From: a virus
Taxonomy: Duplodnaviria > Caudoviricetes
Length of the DNA: 64,000 bases
Direction: 5' to 3' (one strand)
IMG/VR virus record: IMGVR_UViG_3300022591_000005
Location: 598 to 64,597 of that record
Positions within the stretch are counted from its first letter, which is position 1, and every line of letters starts with the position of its first letter. The notes below the pieces were generated by a model that ran no database searches, was not told where the DNA came from, and saw only the letters and a list, made by a program, of their open reading frames with translations. The position numbers were made by a program, and so were the translations under genes. Positions 30,675-40,257 of the stretch are shown piece after piece.

Positions 30675-31520
30675 ATGGATAAAAGAATAACAGGCGCTGG
30701 TAAGTTGTCGAGAAAATTACTTACAATTCTGGTGTTGTCTGCGATGGCAACATTGGGCTATGCTGCTGATAACAGCATTTACATTGACCAGTCTGGAGAT
30801 TTTGCTACTGTTACAATTAATCAAGACGGTGCAGGCAACCAAGTTAGAGGATTGTCAGCTGTTCAAAGTAACGATCCAACTGCACCTGCTCTTATTAGAG
30901 GTGACGGAGTCAACATCAACATCAATCAGACTGGTAGTTCTAATAAAATGAACTTAGGTATTGATGCTGTGATGGGAACTCTTAAAAGTGTTGACTTTAA
31001 CTATAGCACAATTAACTCGGGCAACCTAAGCGGTAGCAATAACACTGCAATTTTCCAACTAGGAACAAGTAGTGCTAGAGCAAGCGATACTATCGTAAGC
31101 GTAACACAGTTAAACGGTGGCAACACTGCAACTGTAAGCATGTCTGGAAGTGATAACCAATTAAATGCTATACAAAGTGGTGGTAGTGCTACTTTAGTAT
31201 CAACTGTTAATGCTAGTGGAACAAGACAAGACATTACGACAGCCGGTGGTACAGGTAACAGTGTTACTACAAACTTAACTGGTAATAACGGTAATGTATA
31301 TGTTAATGTAATGGGTGCAACTAACACAATTAATATTGCACAAGACGGCACAGGCGGTTCAACTGGTCACCAAGCATGGATGGATATCAATGGAACCGGT
31401 AATAATGTTACATTAGCACAATCGGGATCCGCTAATGCAAACGTGTTTAACCTAAGACTTGGTTCTGCTGGAACTGCTGCAAACAGCAACACTTACAACA
31501 TAACACAGACTGCACGTTAA
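30675..31520 (+). CDS. Curlin-like secreted repeat protein
   Basis: Signal peptide; IxQxGxxN repeats. Confidence 0.75.
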   Translation: MDKRITGAGKLSRKLLTILVLSAMATLGYAADNSIYIDQSGDFATVTINQDGAGNQVRGLSAVQSNDPTAPALIRGDGVNININQTGSSNKMNLGIDAVMGTLKSVDFNYSTINSGNLSGSNNTAIFQLGTSSARASDTIVSVTQLNGGNTATVSMSGSDNQLNAIQSGGSATLVSTVNASGTRQDITTAGGTGNSVTTNLTGNNGNVYVNVMGATNTINIAQDGTGGSTGHQAWMDINGTGNNVTLAQSGSANANVFNLRLGSAGTAANSNTYNITQTAR

Positions 31521-31521
31521 A

Positions 31522-31692
31522 ATGTTTAACTCAGAGCTACAAAGGATGTACCAAGCGTGGCAACAAGGTAATGATAACTATGTTCGCGACTGGTACGCTT
31601 TTGTAGAATATGCTGCTCAATGGAACAAAACAACAGTAGAGCAAACATTAGAGCAGTTGAGTAAATGCAAATGGTTTAAAAAAGGTGACTAA
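31522..31692 (+). CDS. Small hypothetical protein (not in ORF track)
   Basis: MFNSELQRMYQAW...KKGD fills the gap. Confidence 0.5.
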   Translation: MFNSELQRMYQAWQQGNDNYVRDWYAFVEYAAQWNKTTVEQTLEQLSKCKWFKKGD

Positions 31693-32798
31693 TGAAATTC
31701 CGAAGTATTCTGATAGCAACATTCATGTCTATATCGCAGACATCGTTCGCTGCAATCGGAACAGTCACAGAACAAGTGAACACACCTCCGAGCATTCAGA
31801 GGGAAAAACAAACACTAACGGGCTCAAAGGGCACGGGAGTAGAAATGAACGATGCTATCAAAACCCAACAGGGAAAGGTGGGCATAACATTCGAGGATCA
31901 AACAAAAGTTCAGGTAAACGAAAATAGCAAACTTGTTATTGACGACTTCGTTTACGACCCTAAATCAAAAGCTGGCAAACTAGGAGCTAAGATTGCTCTT
32001 GGAACTGTGCGCTATGCTAGCGGACAAATTGCTAAAAACAGTCCACAGAACGTAGCACTAAGTACACCAACTGCTACTATCGCAGTACGCGGTACAGACT
32101 TTACTGCCTCAGTTGATGAAGTGGGAGCAAGTACCATTATCTTACTACCTAGCTGTCCCGACGATCGTAAGACTCGTACAGTTAAGGATATAGAAACAAA
32201 CTGTAAGACAGGTTCTATTGAAGTATCTACGCTAATGGGTACAGTATTACTAAACCAACCTTTCCAAGCAACCAAAGTTACATCACGCATGGTGACGCCT
32301 AGTAAACCTGTTACACTGAACCTTAGCGAACAAGCTATTGAAAACATCTTAATATCTACTCCTGCTGAAATTGACAGAGGTAAACAATCAGATCGACGTG
32401 AAATGAAAGGACCGCTGGATGTAGACTTCTTAAAAGCAGAAGGACTTACTAACGCACTAGATGACAGTGCTCGACAATTTTACCAAGATAAGTTGAGTAG
32501 AAATTTCTTAGATCAAAATTTCTTAGCAAACATGTTTGATATGGTAGGTAATGCACTTAACGAAAAATTCTTAGAGCCAGTAGATGGCATGTTACCTGAC
32601 TATAAAAAGTCTAGCGGCATTGTAGTCTTTAAAGATGATCCAAGCGTTACACTATGTCGTGATAACGGTGCTGACCGTCAATGTGTAACAACACCGCAAA
32701 CACAAAACAGTACAATCTATCAATCACAGAGCAACGTTGAATTTAAAAACCGCGTTAATCAAGGCGGCAACACTATTATCAGTCTGACACAAAAATGA
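31692..32798 (+). CDS. FecR-domain periplasmic protein
   Basis: Signal peptide; ITFEDQT.V.VNENSKL, TPTATIAVRGTDF. Confidence 0.85.
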   Translation: MKFRSILIATFMSISQTSFAAIGTVTEQVNTPPSIQREKQTLTGSKGTGVEMNDAIKTQQGKVGITFEDQTKVQVNENSKLVIDDFVYDPKSKAGKLGAKIALGTVRYASGQIAKNSPQNVALSTPTATIAVRGTDFTASVDEVGASTIILLPSCPDDRKTRTVKDIETNCKTGSIEVSTLMGTVLLNQPFQATKVTSRMVTPSKPVTLNLSEQAIENILISTPAEIDRGKQSDRREMKGPLDVDFLKAEGLTNALDDSARQFYQDKLSRNFLDQNFLANMFDMVGNALNEKFLEPVDGMLPDYKKSSGIVVFKDDPSVTLCRDNGADRQCVTTPQTQNSTIYQSQSNVEFKNRVNQGGNTIISLTQK

Positions 32799-34672
32799 TA
32801 AAACGCATACTACAGTTCTTGTTATTTTTAACTGTGTGTATTAGCGCACATAGCCAAGCTGTGACTTACAATGCAATTGCCACTGCCTATGTTACCACTA
32901 CTATCACTCAAGCAGTTGTATTTGATAGCATAATGCAGCAAGGCGGAACATTCACCTTCAGCGTATTGGCACACAACGGAGGAGGACGTGCTGGACAAAG
33001 CGATACAGCCAACGTTAAGATACAATTCTATACATCGTCAAATGCGTTAGTAGCTACAATTAATTCAAGTTATAATGCTAACCTACCAAATCCAAATGCT
33101 GTGTGTGGTAATCCTTGTATTGATACTGCGGTACCTTGGACAACACTAACTACCAGTACAACATTATCTGCTGCCCAAGCAGCAACAGTAGCCTATGCTA
33201 AGGTTAGTATGTATGGTATTGACGGAAGCTATTGGGCAGGTGATTACGGGCCTTGGTATCGTGCGCCAACACTACAACTTAACGGTGGTGGTAACTTATT
33301 GTATAATCCAGAGTTTGGTCCTTACAACAACATAACAGCACAAGGTTGGACAAGCAGTCCGGGATTCGGTGCTTGCCAAGGTGCATGGGGTGGTAGTAAT
33401 GCTTGTATTGTAAACAGTGACGGTGTGCCTGGTTCTAGTACCGCAGGATTAGTTGCTAACGCTAATGGTGGCGGCCCAAGTGCAACTGGTGGTACTACAA
33501 GTGGACAGCCTGGCGGATACAATAGTACAATGAGCGTAACTAACGCTGGAACAGGTGCAACAGCCGGTGCAGCACCTGCTCCTACAGCACCTACTGTAAC
33601 AAGTACTGTGGTAACTTATACTTGGAGACAAGTAGTTACAGGAAATGTAGTAAGACTGTATCGTACAAAAGTCACAACAACAAATTACAGTGATAATACT
33701 AGTACTTCTACGTCGGATCCAGAAATACTTTATAGTACTGCTACAACAACAGAAACTGGTTCGAGCTCTTCAAATACACAAGCTGGTACCGTTATTACAA
33801 CTACTAAGTTAACTGTCACAGATTATTTTGACGGAACCCAAACGTCATCATACAGTACTTCTAGCAGCACAACTCCTTGGCCAAGTTATGTAACTATTGG
33901 AAATGGATCAGTGAGCAATGACATTACTATTAATACCACTAGTACAATTATACCTACCAATCAGATTAAAGTAGACACTTGGACTAACAGAATAGCACCA
34001 GACGGTAATAAAATCTACATCCAGCAAATAGGCGGTGATAATAATACAGTTACTATGGATCAAGATGGTAATAAGAACCTGATTAGATTACAGTTAAATG
34101 GTACTAACAATAATATCACAGCCCGACAGGGTGTGCAGGGTATTGGACAGAACGAAATGAAACTTAATTTCGAGGGTAACAATAATGTTGTCAATTTAAA
34201 TCAAGGTCGAGATACACAGGGTAATACTGTTGGAGGTAACGGACATTACTTAGATGCTACTATTGCCGGTTGGGGAACTAGCTTAACTGTACAGCAGACT
34301 AATAATGGCGGTGTTGGCGGACATTACAATGAAACTACAATTACTGGAAACGGTAATAGTGTGCTTGCTAAACAAACTGACAACGGCAACAAGATTATGT
34401 TTGTTAAAGTAGATGGTGCTCTGAATACATTAGATGTTACACAAAAAGGAACTGGACAGCATAAACTAGATGCTACATTAACTGGTGATCGCAATAGTGC
34501 TACGATATTGCAAGAAGGAACAACTGCTAATAATGCTACTTTAAATCTAACTAATGCAGGCGGCCCTGCTAGCGTTATTGTTAATCAAGCCGGTGGACAG
34601 AATGTTAGCGTAACAACAACATGCGCAAATGCTGGCGGCTGTGCTCCTATTACAGTAAGACAAGGATACTAA
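32795..34672 (+). CDS. Secreted protein with C-terminal curlin-like repeats
   Basis: Signal peptide; N-terminal beta domain with Cys pairs, T-rich linker, QxGxxN repeats. Confidence 0.7.
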   Translation: MIKRILQFLLFLTVCISAHSQAVTYNAIATAYVTTTITQAVVFDSIMQQGGTFTFSVLAHNGGGRAGQSDTANVKIQFYTSSNALVATINSSYNANLPNPNAVCGNPCIDTAVPWTTLTTSTTLSAAQAATVAYAKVSMYGIDGSYWAGDYGPWYRAPTLQLNGGGNLLYNPEFGPYNNITAQGWTSSPGFGACQGAWGGSNACIVNSDGVPGSSTAGLVANANGGGPSATGGTTSGQPGGYNSTMSVTNAGTGATAGAAPAPTAPTVTSTVVTYTWRQVVTGNVVRLYRTKVTTTNYSDNTSTSTSDPEILYSTATTTETGSSSSNTQAGTVITTTKLTVTDYFDGTQTSSYSTSSSTTPWPSYVTIGNGSVSNDITINTTSTIIPTNQIKVDTWTNRIAPDGNKIYIQQIGGDNNTVTMDQDGNKNLIRLQLNGTNNNITARQGVQGIGQNEMKLNFEGNNNVVNLNQGRDTQGNTVGGNGHYLDATIAGWGTSLTVQQTNNGGVGGHYNETTITGNGNSVLAKQTDNGNKIMFVKVDGALNTLDVTQKGTGQHKLDATLTGDRNSATILQEGTTANNATLNLTNAGGPASVIVNQAGGQNVSVTTTCANAGGCAPITVRQGY

Positions 34673-34673
34673 T

Positions 34674-34841
34674 ATGATTACACTAGCACAAATTTTAGGT
34701 GGTTTATTTGGGCTAGCAGTTGCCTACGGAATGTATCGTTTTGTTGAAGCAGTTGATGCAAGAAAACAAGAACAAGATGCTGCACGTCACGCTGAAGAGC
34801 TAAAACTTTACAAAGAACAGCTCAAGAAATCAGTTAAATAA
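34674..34841 (+). CDS. Small membrane-anchored protein (not in ORF track)
   Basis: AGGA SD; N-terminal TM then charged helix. Confidence 0.5.
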   Translation: MITLAQILGGLFGLAVAYGMYRFVEAVDARKQEQDAARHAEELKLYKEQLKKSVK

Positions 34842-34844
34842 CTG

Positions 34845-36887
34845 ATGCTGAAAAAAATCTTAACAAGCCCGTGGACTGCCCTACTAACTCTCGCATTAGT
34901 AGCGGGCATACGTATTGCAGATCCTACATTTGTTGAAAGCGTAAGATTACGTTATTTTGACACACTAATTACTTCCAAAGAAATTACTGTTAACAACATT
35001 GTAACAGTAAATATTGATGAAGCCACGCTTGACAAATATGGGCAGTGGCCATTACCGAGGGCAAAGTATGCCGAAATTATACGAGATTTATATTCAAGGG
35101 GAGCAGGCCTTGTCGTACTTAATATTCTCATGCCAGAATCAGACCGTACTGGTGGCGACAACGTCCTGGGTCAAACTTTAAAAGAATTTCCAGTTGTACT
35201 AGGAAGTGTTCCGGCACAAAAAACTAAGAACACTCCTCGAGTTCCTGGCAGTGCTGTATTAGGTCCAGAGTTTATGGATCAGATTGTGCAGTATCCCGGA
35301 CTTATTGCTAACATCCCTCAATTAGAAAATAATGCCACTGGTGTTGGTATTGTAAACACTTTACCTGAAGTGGACGGTGTTAATCGCCGTATGCCGCTTA
35401 TTGTCACTGTCGACGGAAAACTGTATCCTAGCATAGCTATGGAGACTCTGCGAGTAGCCGCTGGCGACACTACATTTCAGGTAAAACTATTTGAAGGCGG
35501 TGTTGAGAAAATGCGTATTCCAAAGTTTGGTCCTATAACAACAGACAGCTTAGGCAGAATTTGGATTGACTGGAGTCAAGATTCGCATAGTGTAAGTGCA
35601 GTTAACTTACCGAAAGATTTAGGCGGTGCTATTGTTATTGTAGGACCTACTGCTGCTGGTATTAGCAATCCGTTGCCAACAAGTAAAGGCGCAGTATTTC
35701 CACATGAAGTACAAGCCGCAGTTATCGGCACTATGGTTAATGGTGTCACTATACAGCGTCCGGATTGGGCCGATGGCGCTGAAATCTTAGCCTTGGTAGT
35801 ATTGGGCATAGCATTACTATTTTTAACAAGGTGGACTTATGTTGGACTTTCTTCTGGCGTTATCGCTCTCGCTATTCTGTATCCTATATCTCAGTATTTT
35901 TACAAGACTGATCTTTGGCTTGTTGACATTACTGCCATTGCTGTTGGTACTACTCTTGTTCTCCTACATGCTTACGGTGTTAAGTTTGTAAGTGAGTTCT
36001 TACAGAAACAAGCAATCAAGAAACAGTTTGCTGGTTACTGCTCTAAGGAAGTAGTTGAACTACTACAAAAAGATCCAGACTTGATCAAGCGTGGTGTACG
36101 TAAAGACGTATCAGTTATGTTCTCTGACTTGCGTGGCTTCACACCTATCGGTGAACACTACGGCGATGACGTTGCTGGCTTAGGCAAGTACATGAACGGC
36201 TACATGGATGCTATTAGTCAACCAATGTTAGATAACAAAGGTATGGTTATCAAGTATGTAGGCGATGCGAGTATGCACATACACGGTGCTCCAATTGAAG
36301 ATCCTAATCATGCTCGTACTATCGTTAAGGTAGGCTTAGAGATGTTAGACAAGGTAGACGAGTACACTAAGCTAATGGAAGCACAAGGATTACCGCCAGC
36401 CGCAATGGGTTGGGGTTGTAATTCAGGTATCGGCTTCATCGGTGAAATGGGTTCAACAGAACGACACAGCTATGATATCTTAGGTGACATGGTTTCAACA
36501 GCCGCTCGTTTAGAAGCACGTTGTAAAGCGTATGGCGTATTGTGTATCATTGGTGCTGAAACTTACAACCGTACTAAGGATGACTTCTTCTATCTAATGC
36601 TAGACAACTTACAGCCAAAAGGCAAAACTGTAGCGGACTTAATCTACACAGCATTACGAACCAAAGGTGCAGACTATACTAAAGATAAAGTACAGCACGA
36701 ATTGATGCATGCCTTGTACAAACAGAAAAAGTTTGACGAGGCCGCCGCTATGTGTAAGAAGCTAAAGGGCAACTTTGGCGGACAAATGGACAAGTATTAC
36801 AAGATGTGGATTGAACGTTGCGAGTTTATGAAACAGCAAGACCTACCGGAGAATTGGAATGGTGAATTTGTGGCTCATGAGAAGTAA
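34845..36887 (+). CDS. CHASE2-domain class III adenylate/guanylate cyclase
   Basis: GQWPLPR CHASE2 motif, 3 TMs, FSDLRGFT, KYVGDA, GDMVSTAARLE. Confidence 0.93.
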   Translation: MLKKILTSPWTALLTLALVAGIRIADPTFVESVRLRYFDTLITSKEITVNNIVTVNIDEATLDKYGQWPLPRAKYAEIIRDLYSRGAGLVVLNILMPESDRTGGDNVLGQTLKEFPVVLGSVPAQKTKNTPRVPGSAVLGPEFMDQIVQYPGLIANIPQLENNATGVGIVNTLPEVDGVNRRMPLIVTVDGKLYPSIAMETLRVAAGDTTFQVKLFEGGVEKMRIPKFGPITTDSLGRIWIDWSQDSHSVSAVNLPKDLGGAIVIVGPTAAGISNPLPTSKGAVFPHEVQAAVIGTMVNGVTIQRPDWADGAEILALVVLGIALLFLTRWTYVGLSSGVIALAILYPISQYFYKTDLWLVDITAIAVGTTLVLLHAYGVKFVSEFLQKQAIKKQFAGYCSKEVVELLQKDPDLIKRGVRKDVSVMFSDLRGFTPIGEHYGDDVAGLGKYMNGYMDAISQPMLDNKGMVIKYVGDASMHIHGAPIEDPNHARTIVKVGLEMLDKVDEYTKLMEAQGLPPAAMGWGCNSGIGFIGEMGSTERHSYDILGDMVSTAARLEARCKAYGVLCIIGAETYNRTKDDFFYLMLDNLQPKGKTVADLIYTALRTKGADYTKDKVQHELMHALYKQKKFDEAAAMCKKLKGNFGGQMDKYYKMWIERCEFMKQQDLPENWNGEFVAHEK

Positions 36888-36923
36888 TTTGACAAATTTA
36901 TTAGCCGAGTATACAATAGACAA

Positions 36924-37670
36924 ATGCATAGAATCTTATCTTTATTGGTATTTCTTACCATACTATATAATGGGCAATCATTCGCTGCCACTACCAAACC
37001 TCTGCCTATCACCGCGACAAGCTGGCTAGTAGCAGACGGCGAAGGTAATATCATAGAAAGTAAAAACTCTACTGAGAAGCGTAGTATTGCTAGCATTACC
37101 AAACTAATGACAGCAATGGTTGTTCTTGATGCACACCAAGACTTAGATGAAAAAATTAACGGTGTTACTAGAAACGAGTTATTAACATTAATGTTAGTAA
37201 AATCAGATAACCGTGCAGCAGAAACATTGTGTGACAATTATCCATCTGGTCGCAGTTCATGTATTAATGCTATGAATTGGAAAGCCTGGAATTTAGGATT
37301 ACAAAATACACATTATGCAGACCCAAGCGGATTAAATGTTATGAATGTTAGTACCGCAGAAGAACTAGTTAAAATTGTGTTAGAATCTAGCAAGTATTCC
37401 ACAATCATTAAAGCATCAAATACATCAGAAGGCAAAATAGAAACGCAAAATAAAAAGAAGAAGAAACATTATTTTGCGTTTCGAAATACTAATCCTTTAG
37501 TTGCTACTAAAGATTTTATCGTAAGCAAAACTGGATACATTCGAGCAAGTGGAGGGTGTATTGTTATGATGTTAGATACAAAAATAGGACGCCGTATCGT
37601 TGTCCTATTAAATTCAAAAAATACTCATACACGTATTCCAGAAGCAAACTTTATTTCTCAAAGTTTTTAA
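36924..37670 (+). CDS. Peptidase S11 (PBP7/PbpG-like D-alanyl peptidase)
   Basis: SITK, SDN and KTG catalytic motifs; signal peptide. Confidence 0.9.
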   Translation: MHRILSLLVFLTILYNGQSFAATTKPLPITATSWLVADGEGNIIESKNSTEKRSIASITKLMTAMVVLDAHQDLDEKINGVTRNELLTLMLVKSDNRAAETLCDNYPSGRSSCINAMNWKAWNLGLQNTHYADPSGLNVMNVSTAEELVKIVLESSKYSTIIKASNTSEGKIETQNKKKKKHYFAFRNTNPLVATKDFIVSKTGYIRASGGCIVMMLDTKIGRRIVVLLNSKNTHTRIPEANFISQSF

Positions 37671-37673
37671 TCG

Positions 37674-37776
37674 TAAAAAAAGCTCACTTTAGGAAGTCAC
37701 GGTAGCGAATCGCTTCTTCCAGGGCAGCAGCCGCCCCACACTTACGGTAACTTAATACCGGTCCTAAGGTGTGTTC
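37674..37776 (-). ncRNA. Putative structured RNA of unknown family
   Basis: GC-rich multi-hairpin ending in a U-tract on the minus strand. Confidence 0.4.
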
Positions 37777-37778
37777 TT

Positions 37779-38165
37779 TTAAGAGCTACCTCCAGCAGCC
37801 TCTTTGTCATCAGGAGTCTTGTCCTTAGACTTATTCTTTGTTCCAATAGCATCTGCTTCGTCCATTGCATCGTGGAATTTGGCATTAGCCTTAGCTTCTA
37901 CAATAGCAGTTTCCATAACACGATCAGATTCAATCATCTTGCCGCGGATAGTTAATACAGTGTTAACTTTTTGATTTAAACGAATCAAGTCATTGTCTAG
38001 CATACGAATACGATCAATTAGTGCAATAAGCACAGTGTTGGCATCTGAAATAACAGGTTTAACTTCTTCAGTAGCCCATTTCCAAACATAATTAATAATG
38101 AATCCCATTCCAACTGCCATAACAATTGGGAATCCATACTTATTGACTAACTCAACTACATCCAT
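37779..38165 (-). CDS. Small membrane protein
   Basis: N-terminal TM; ALIDRIRMLDNDLIR motif; paralogue of 38511-38792. Confidence 0.75.
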   Translation of the reverse strand: MDVVELVNKYGFPIVMAVGMGFIINYVWKWATEEVKPVISDANTVLIALIDRIRMLDNDLIRLNQKVNTVLTIRGKMIESDRVMETAIVEAKANAKFHDAMDEADAIGTKNKSKDKTPDDKEAAGGSS

Positions 38166-38361
38166 CTTGTTCTCCAAAATTTACTCTGTATCCTTTAGCA
38201 AAAGAACGTACAGGATCCATTTTACGTAGCATAGCTCTACCATTGATATTAACGACTTCAAATAAATCTCCGCCCTTCCAACCTAGTTTGTCTATGTCTA
38301 GCTCTTCATCTAAAATAATTCCATTTGGGCTTAGGTCCCAATTGTAATCGTAATAAAACAT
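38152..38361 (-). CDS. Hypothetical protein (AbrB-like motif)
   Basis: KLGWKGGD motif. Confidence 0.55.
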   Translation of the reverse strand: MFYYDYNWDLSPNGIILDEELDIDKLGWKGGDLFEVVNINGRAMLRKMDPVRSFAKGYRVNFGEQDGCS

Positions 38362-38510
38362 ATCAGTATCCCTTTAAAATTTCGTTTAGTCGATCTGCTG
38401 CTTTACGTATATCTTCGCTTAGTGTACCGACACCAATAGTTTGTTCTAAATGTCTGGCTATGTTATGAAGCTGGATAACATCGTCATCTAGCATAGCTAG
38501 TTCAATTTCA

Positions 38511-38792
38511 TTAATCGCGTCTTGCATCATTCTTTCCATCTGCACGAGCAATACGATCAACGTCTGGGCGTAATCCTAACGCATTGGACACAATAGTGTC
38601 AATACGTACTACATCGTGATTCATTGTTTTTACACGATTGTCTAGGGCTGTAATAATTCCGGCCATACCTTTAATACTGCCTAAAACACCTTGTAATAAT
38701 AGTCTAATTGTTAGGTAAACAAAGTACCCGCCTGCTAGTGCAGCAGCTACTGGCATACCTAAATCACCAATAATTTTAAAAATATCACCCAT
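38511..38792 (-). CDS. Small membrane protein
   Basis: N-terminal TM; ALDNRVKTMNHDVVR; GGGAG SD. Confidence 0.75.
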   Translation of the reverse strand: MGDIFKIIGDLGMPVAAALAGGYFVYLTIRLLLQGVLGSIKGMAGIITALDNRVKTMNHDVVRIDTIVSNALGLRPDVDRIARADGKNDARRD

Positions 38793-38860
38793 TGATTCGC
38801 TCCCGATATGTTTGACATAGTATTTAGTTGTTGCCAGGAACTTATAGTAGCAGTTAATCT

Positions 38861-39511
38861 ATGCTTAAATACTTCATGAACTTTTTACCTTTATTTGCAA
38901 GCCCAATAGGCTGGGATTATATAGATGTTGATAACCAAGAAATAGAAGAATGGTGTTATCAGCAAGAACACACCTCTTTAGACCCTAAAACGGGTGCAGG
39001 ATGGCAAAGCGGTTTGGTTGATTTATCAGCAGCGTGTTTACAACCATTATTACAGGAAATTGAAACTAAATTTGTAGATGCTTCAAATTTAATACCATTC
39101 TTACCAGAGCACCAACCAAAGATTGTTAATGCTTGGATTAATGTAAACAAACCGGAAGGCATTTCTTTACAGAATAACATAGCACACGTACATCCTGGAC
39201 GTTATTGGACATTTGTCTATTATGTAAGAGCTGAGGAAGGTTGCGGTGATTTAGAGCTAACATCGCCACTTAAAAATATGCTAGGCTATGCAATACCACA
39301 GCAGGTTTATAGTAATCTAACACCATTTAATTCCCTACAATGGAGCATTACTCCAGCAGCAGGAAAATTAGTTATGTTTCCGGGTTGGATTGAACATAGA
39401 GCTCATGCTAATCGTAGTACCGCCGATAGGATTAGTATTGCGTTCAATGCAGACTTGCAAAATCTTGAAAAAATACAGTATCCAAATATGGTTGACAACC
39501 TATTGCGATAA
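38861..39511 (+). CDS. 2OG-Fe(II) oxygenase-like protein (TIGR02466-type)
   Basis: WIN..HVH..VYY, FPGWIEH, RISIAFN; start probably ATG 38876. Confidence 0.8.
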   Translation: MLKYFMNFLPLFASPIGWDYIDVDNQEIEEWCYQQEHTSLDPKTGAGWQSGLVDLSAACLQPLLQEIETKFVDASNLIPFLPEHQPKIVNAWINVNKPEGISLQNNIAHVHPGRYWTFVYYVRAEEGCGDLELTSPLKNMLGYAIPQQVYSNLTPFNSLQWSITPAAGKLVMFPGWIEHRAHANRSTADRISIAFNADLQNLEKIQYPNMVDNLLR

Positions 39512-39526
39512 ATATATAATATAGAT

Positions 39527-39855
39527 ATTGTTGTAATTCCTTTGGAGAGAAGGATTTCTGGACGTGGGTTCGACTCCCACCAGGTCCACCATAAGTGTTT
39601 TGACACAGAATGTTTATGATGGGCCTGCCATGGTTTCGACAGGGATAGATATTGAAGACGGCAACACAGTAGGCGATGACTGTAAATCAAGCAAAATTAG
39701 TAAATGCAAAAACATCTACTTTCAAGTTCATGCAAGTGAACGTTGACGTTGCTAGCAACGACAGCGCATTTGCACTAGCTGCCTAAGAAACAGCACTTGC
39801 GAGGCAACTATGCCTTGTCACCCAAAATAGTAGAAAGCACCTTCGGGTGCTTTTC
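39527..39855 (+). ncRNA. ssrA: Circularly permuted (two-piece) tmRNA
   Basis: T-arm + CAGGTCC-ACCA (ends 39591) precedes the 5' end GGGCCTG (39621), G3:U70 pair; tag ORF 39706-39786 ends in ALAA; promoter 39492-39520; terminator about 39833-39855. Confidence 0.9.
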
Positions 39856-39897
39856 TTTCGATCTTGACAACCCCTTTCTTTTTTGTTATAATGCGCT

Positions 39898-40257
39898 ATG
39901 GGTACACAAACTGATTATTTTGAAAAAATTGGCTACAAGCCAAAATACTTTCTTGGAGATAGAGTGCATGGCAAGTTCGCTGGTATTCCGTTTGTCGGTA
40001 CTGTTGGTAATGATCGTGTTATTGATAACACAGGCCCGCAAATAATTGTTCACTTAGATTTGCCAATGAAGGTTGACAAAATCTACAAAACACTTATAAT
40101 AGTAAAACACAAAGATATAAAGCGTTTGTCGTCTTGGGAAGACACTGAGCCTCTAAAACTCAAGGAAGCGGGTTCGAGTCCCGCCAAACGCACCAAACAA
40201 CAAAAGGTGGATGATGGAAAATCCAAGGAGAAACGCAATGAGAAGCGTAAAAGTTAA
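39898..40257 (+). CDS. Hypothetical phage protein (3' part overlaps a tRNA)
   Basis: TTGACA..TATAAT directly upstream, likely leaderless. Confidence 0.6.
   Translation: MGTQTDYFEKIGYKPKYFLGDRVHGKFAGIPFVGTVGNDRVIDNTGPQIIVHLDLPMKVDKIYKTLIIVKHKDIKRLSSWEDTEPLKLKEAGSSPAKRTKQQKVDDGKSKEKRNEKRKS
40122..40195 (+). tRNA. tRNA with CUA anticodon (putative amber suppressor)
   Basis: GCGTTTG/CAAACGC-ACCA, T-arm GCGGG-TTCGAGT-CCCGC, anticodon loop CTCTAAA. Confidence 0.75.

Noticed and set aside
39564-39746. 60-aa ORF and antisense ORF at the tmRNA locus
   Set aside because: Explained by tmRNA; the real tag frame is 39706-39786.
40122-40195. tRNA-Pyl / pyrrolysine system
   Set aside because: The loop matches but the T-loop is canonical, and no pylS/pylBCD genes occur in the window.
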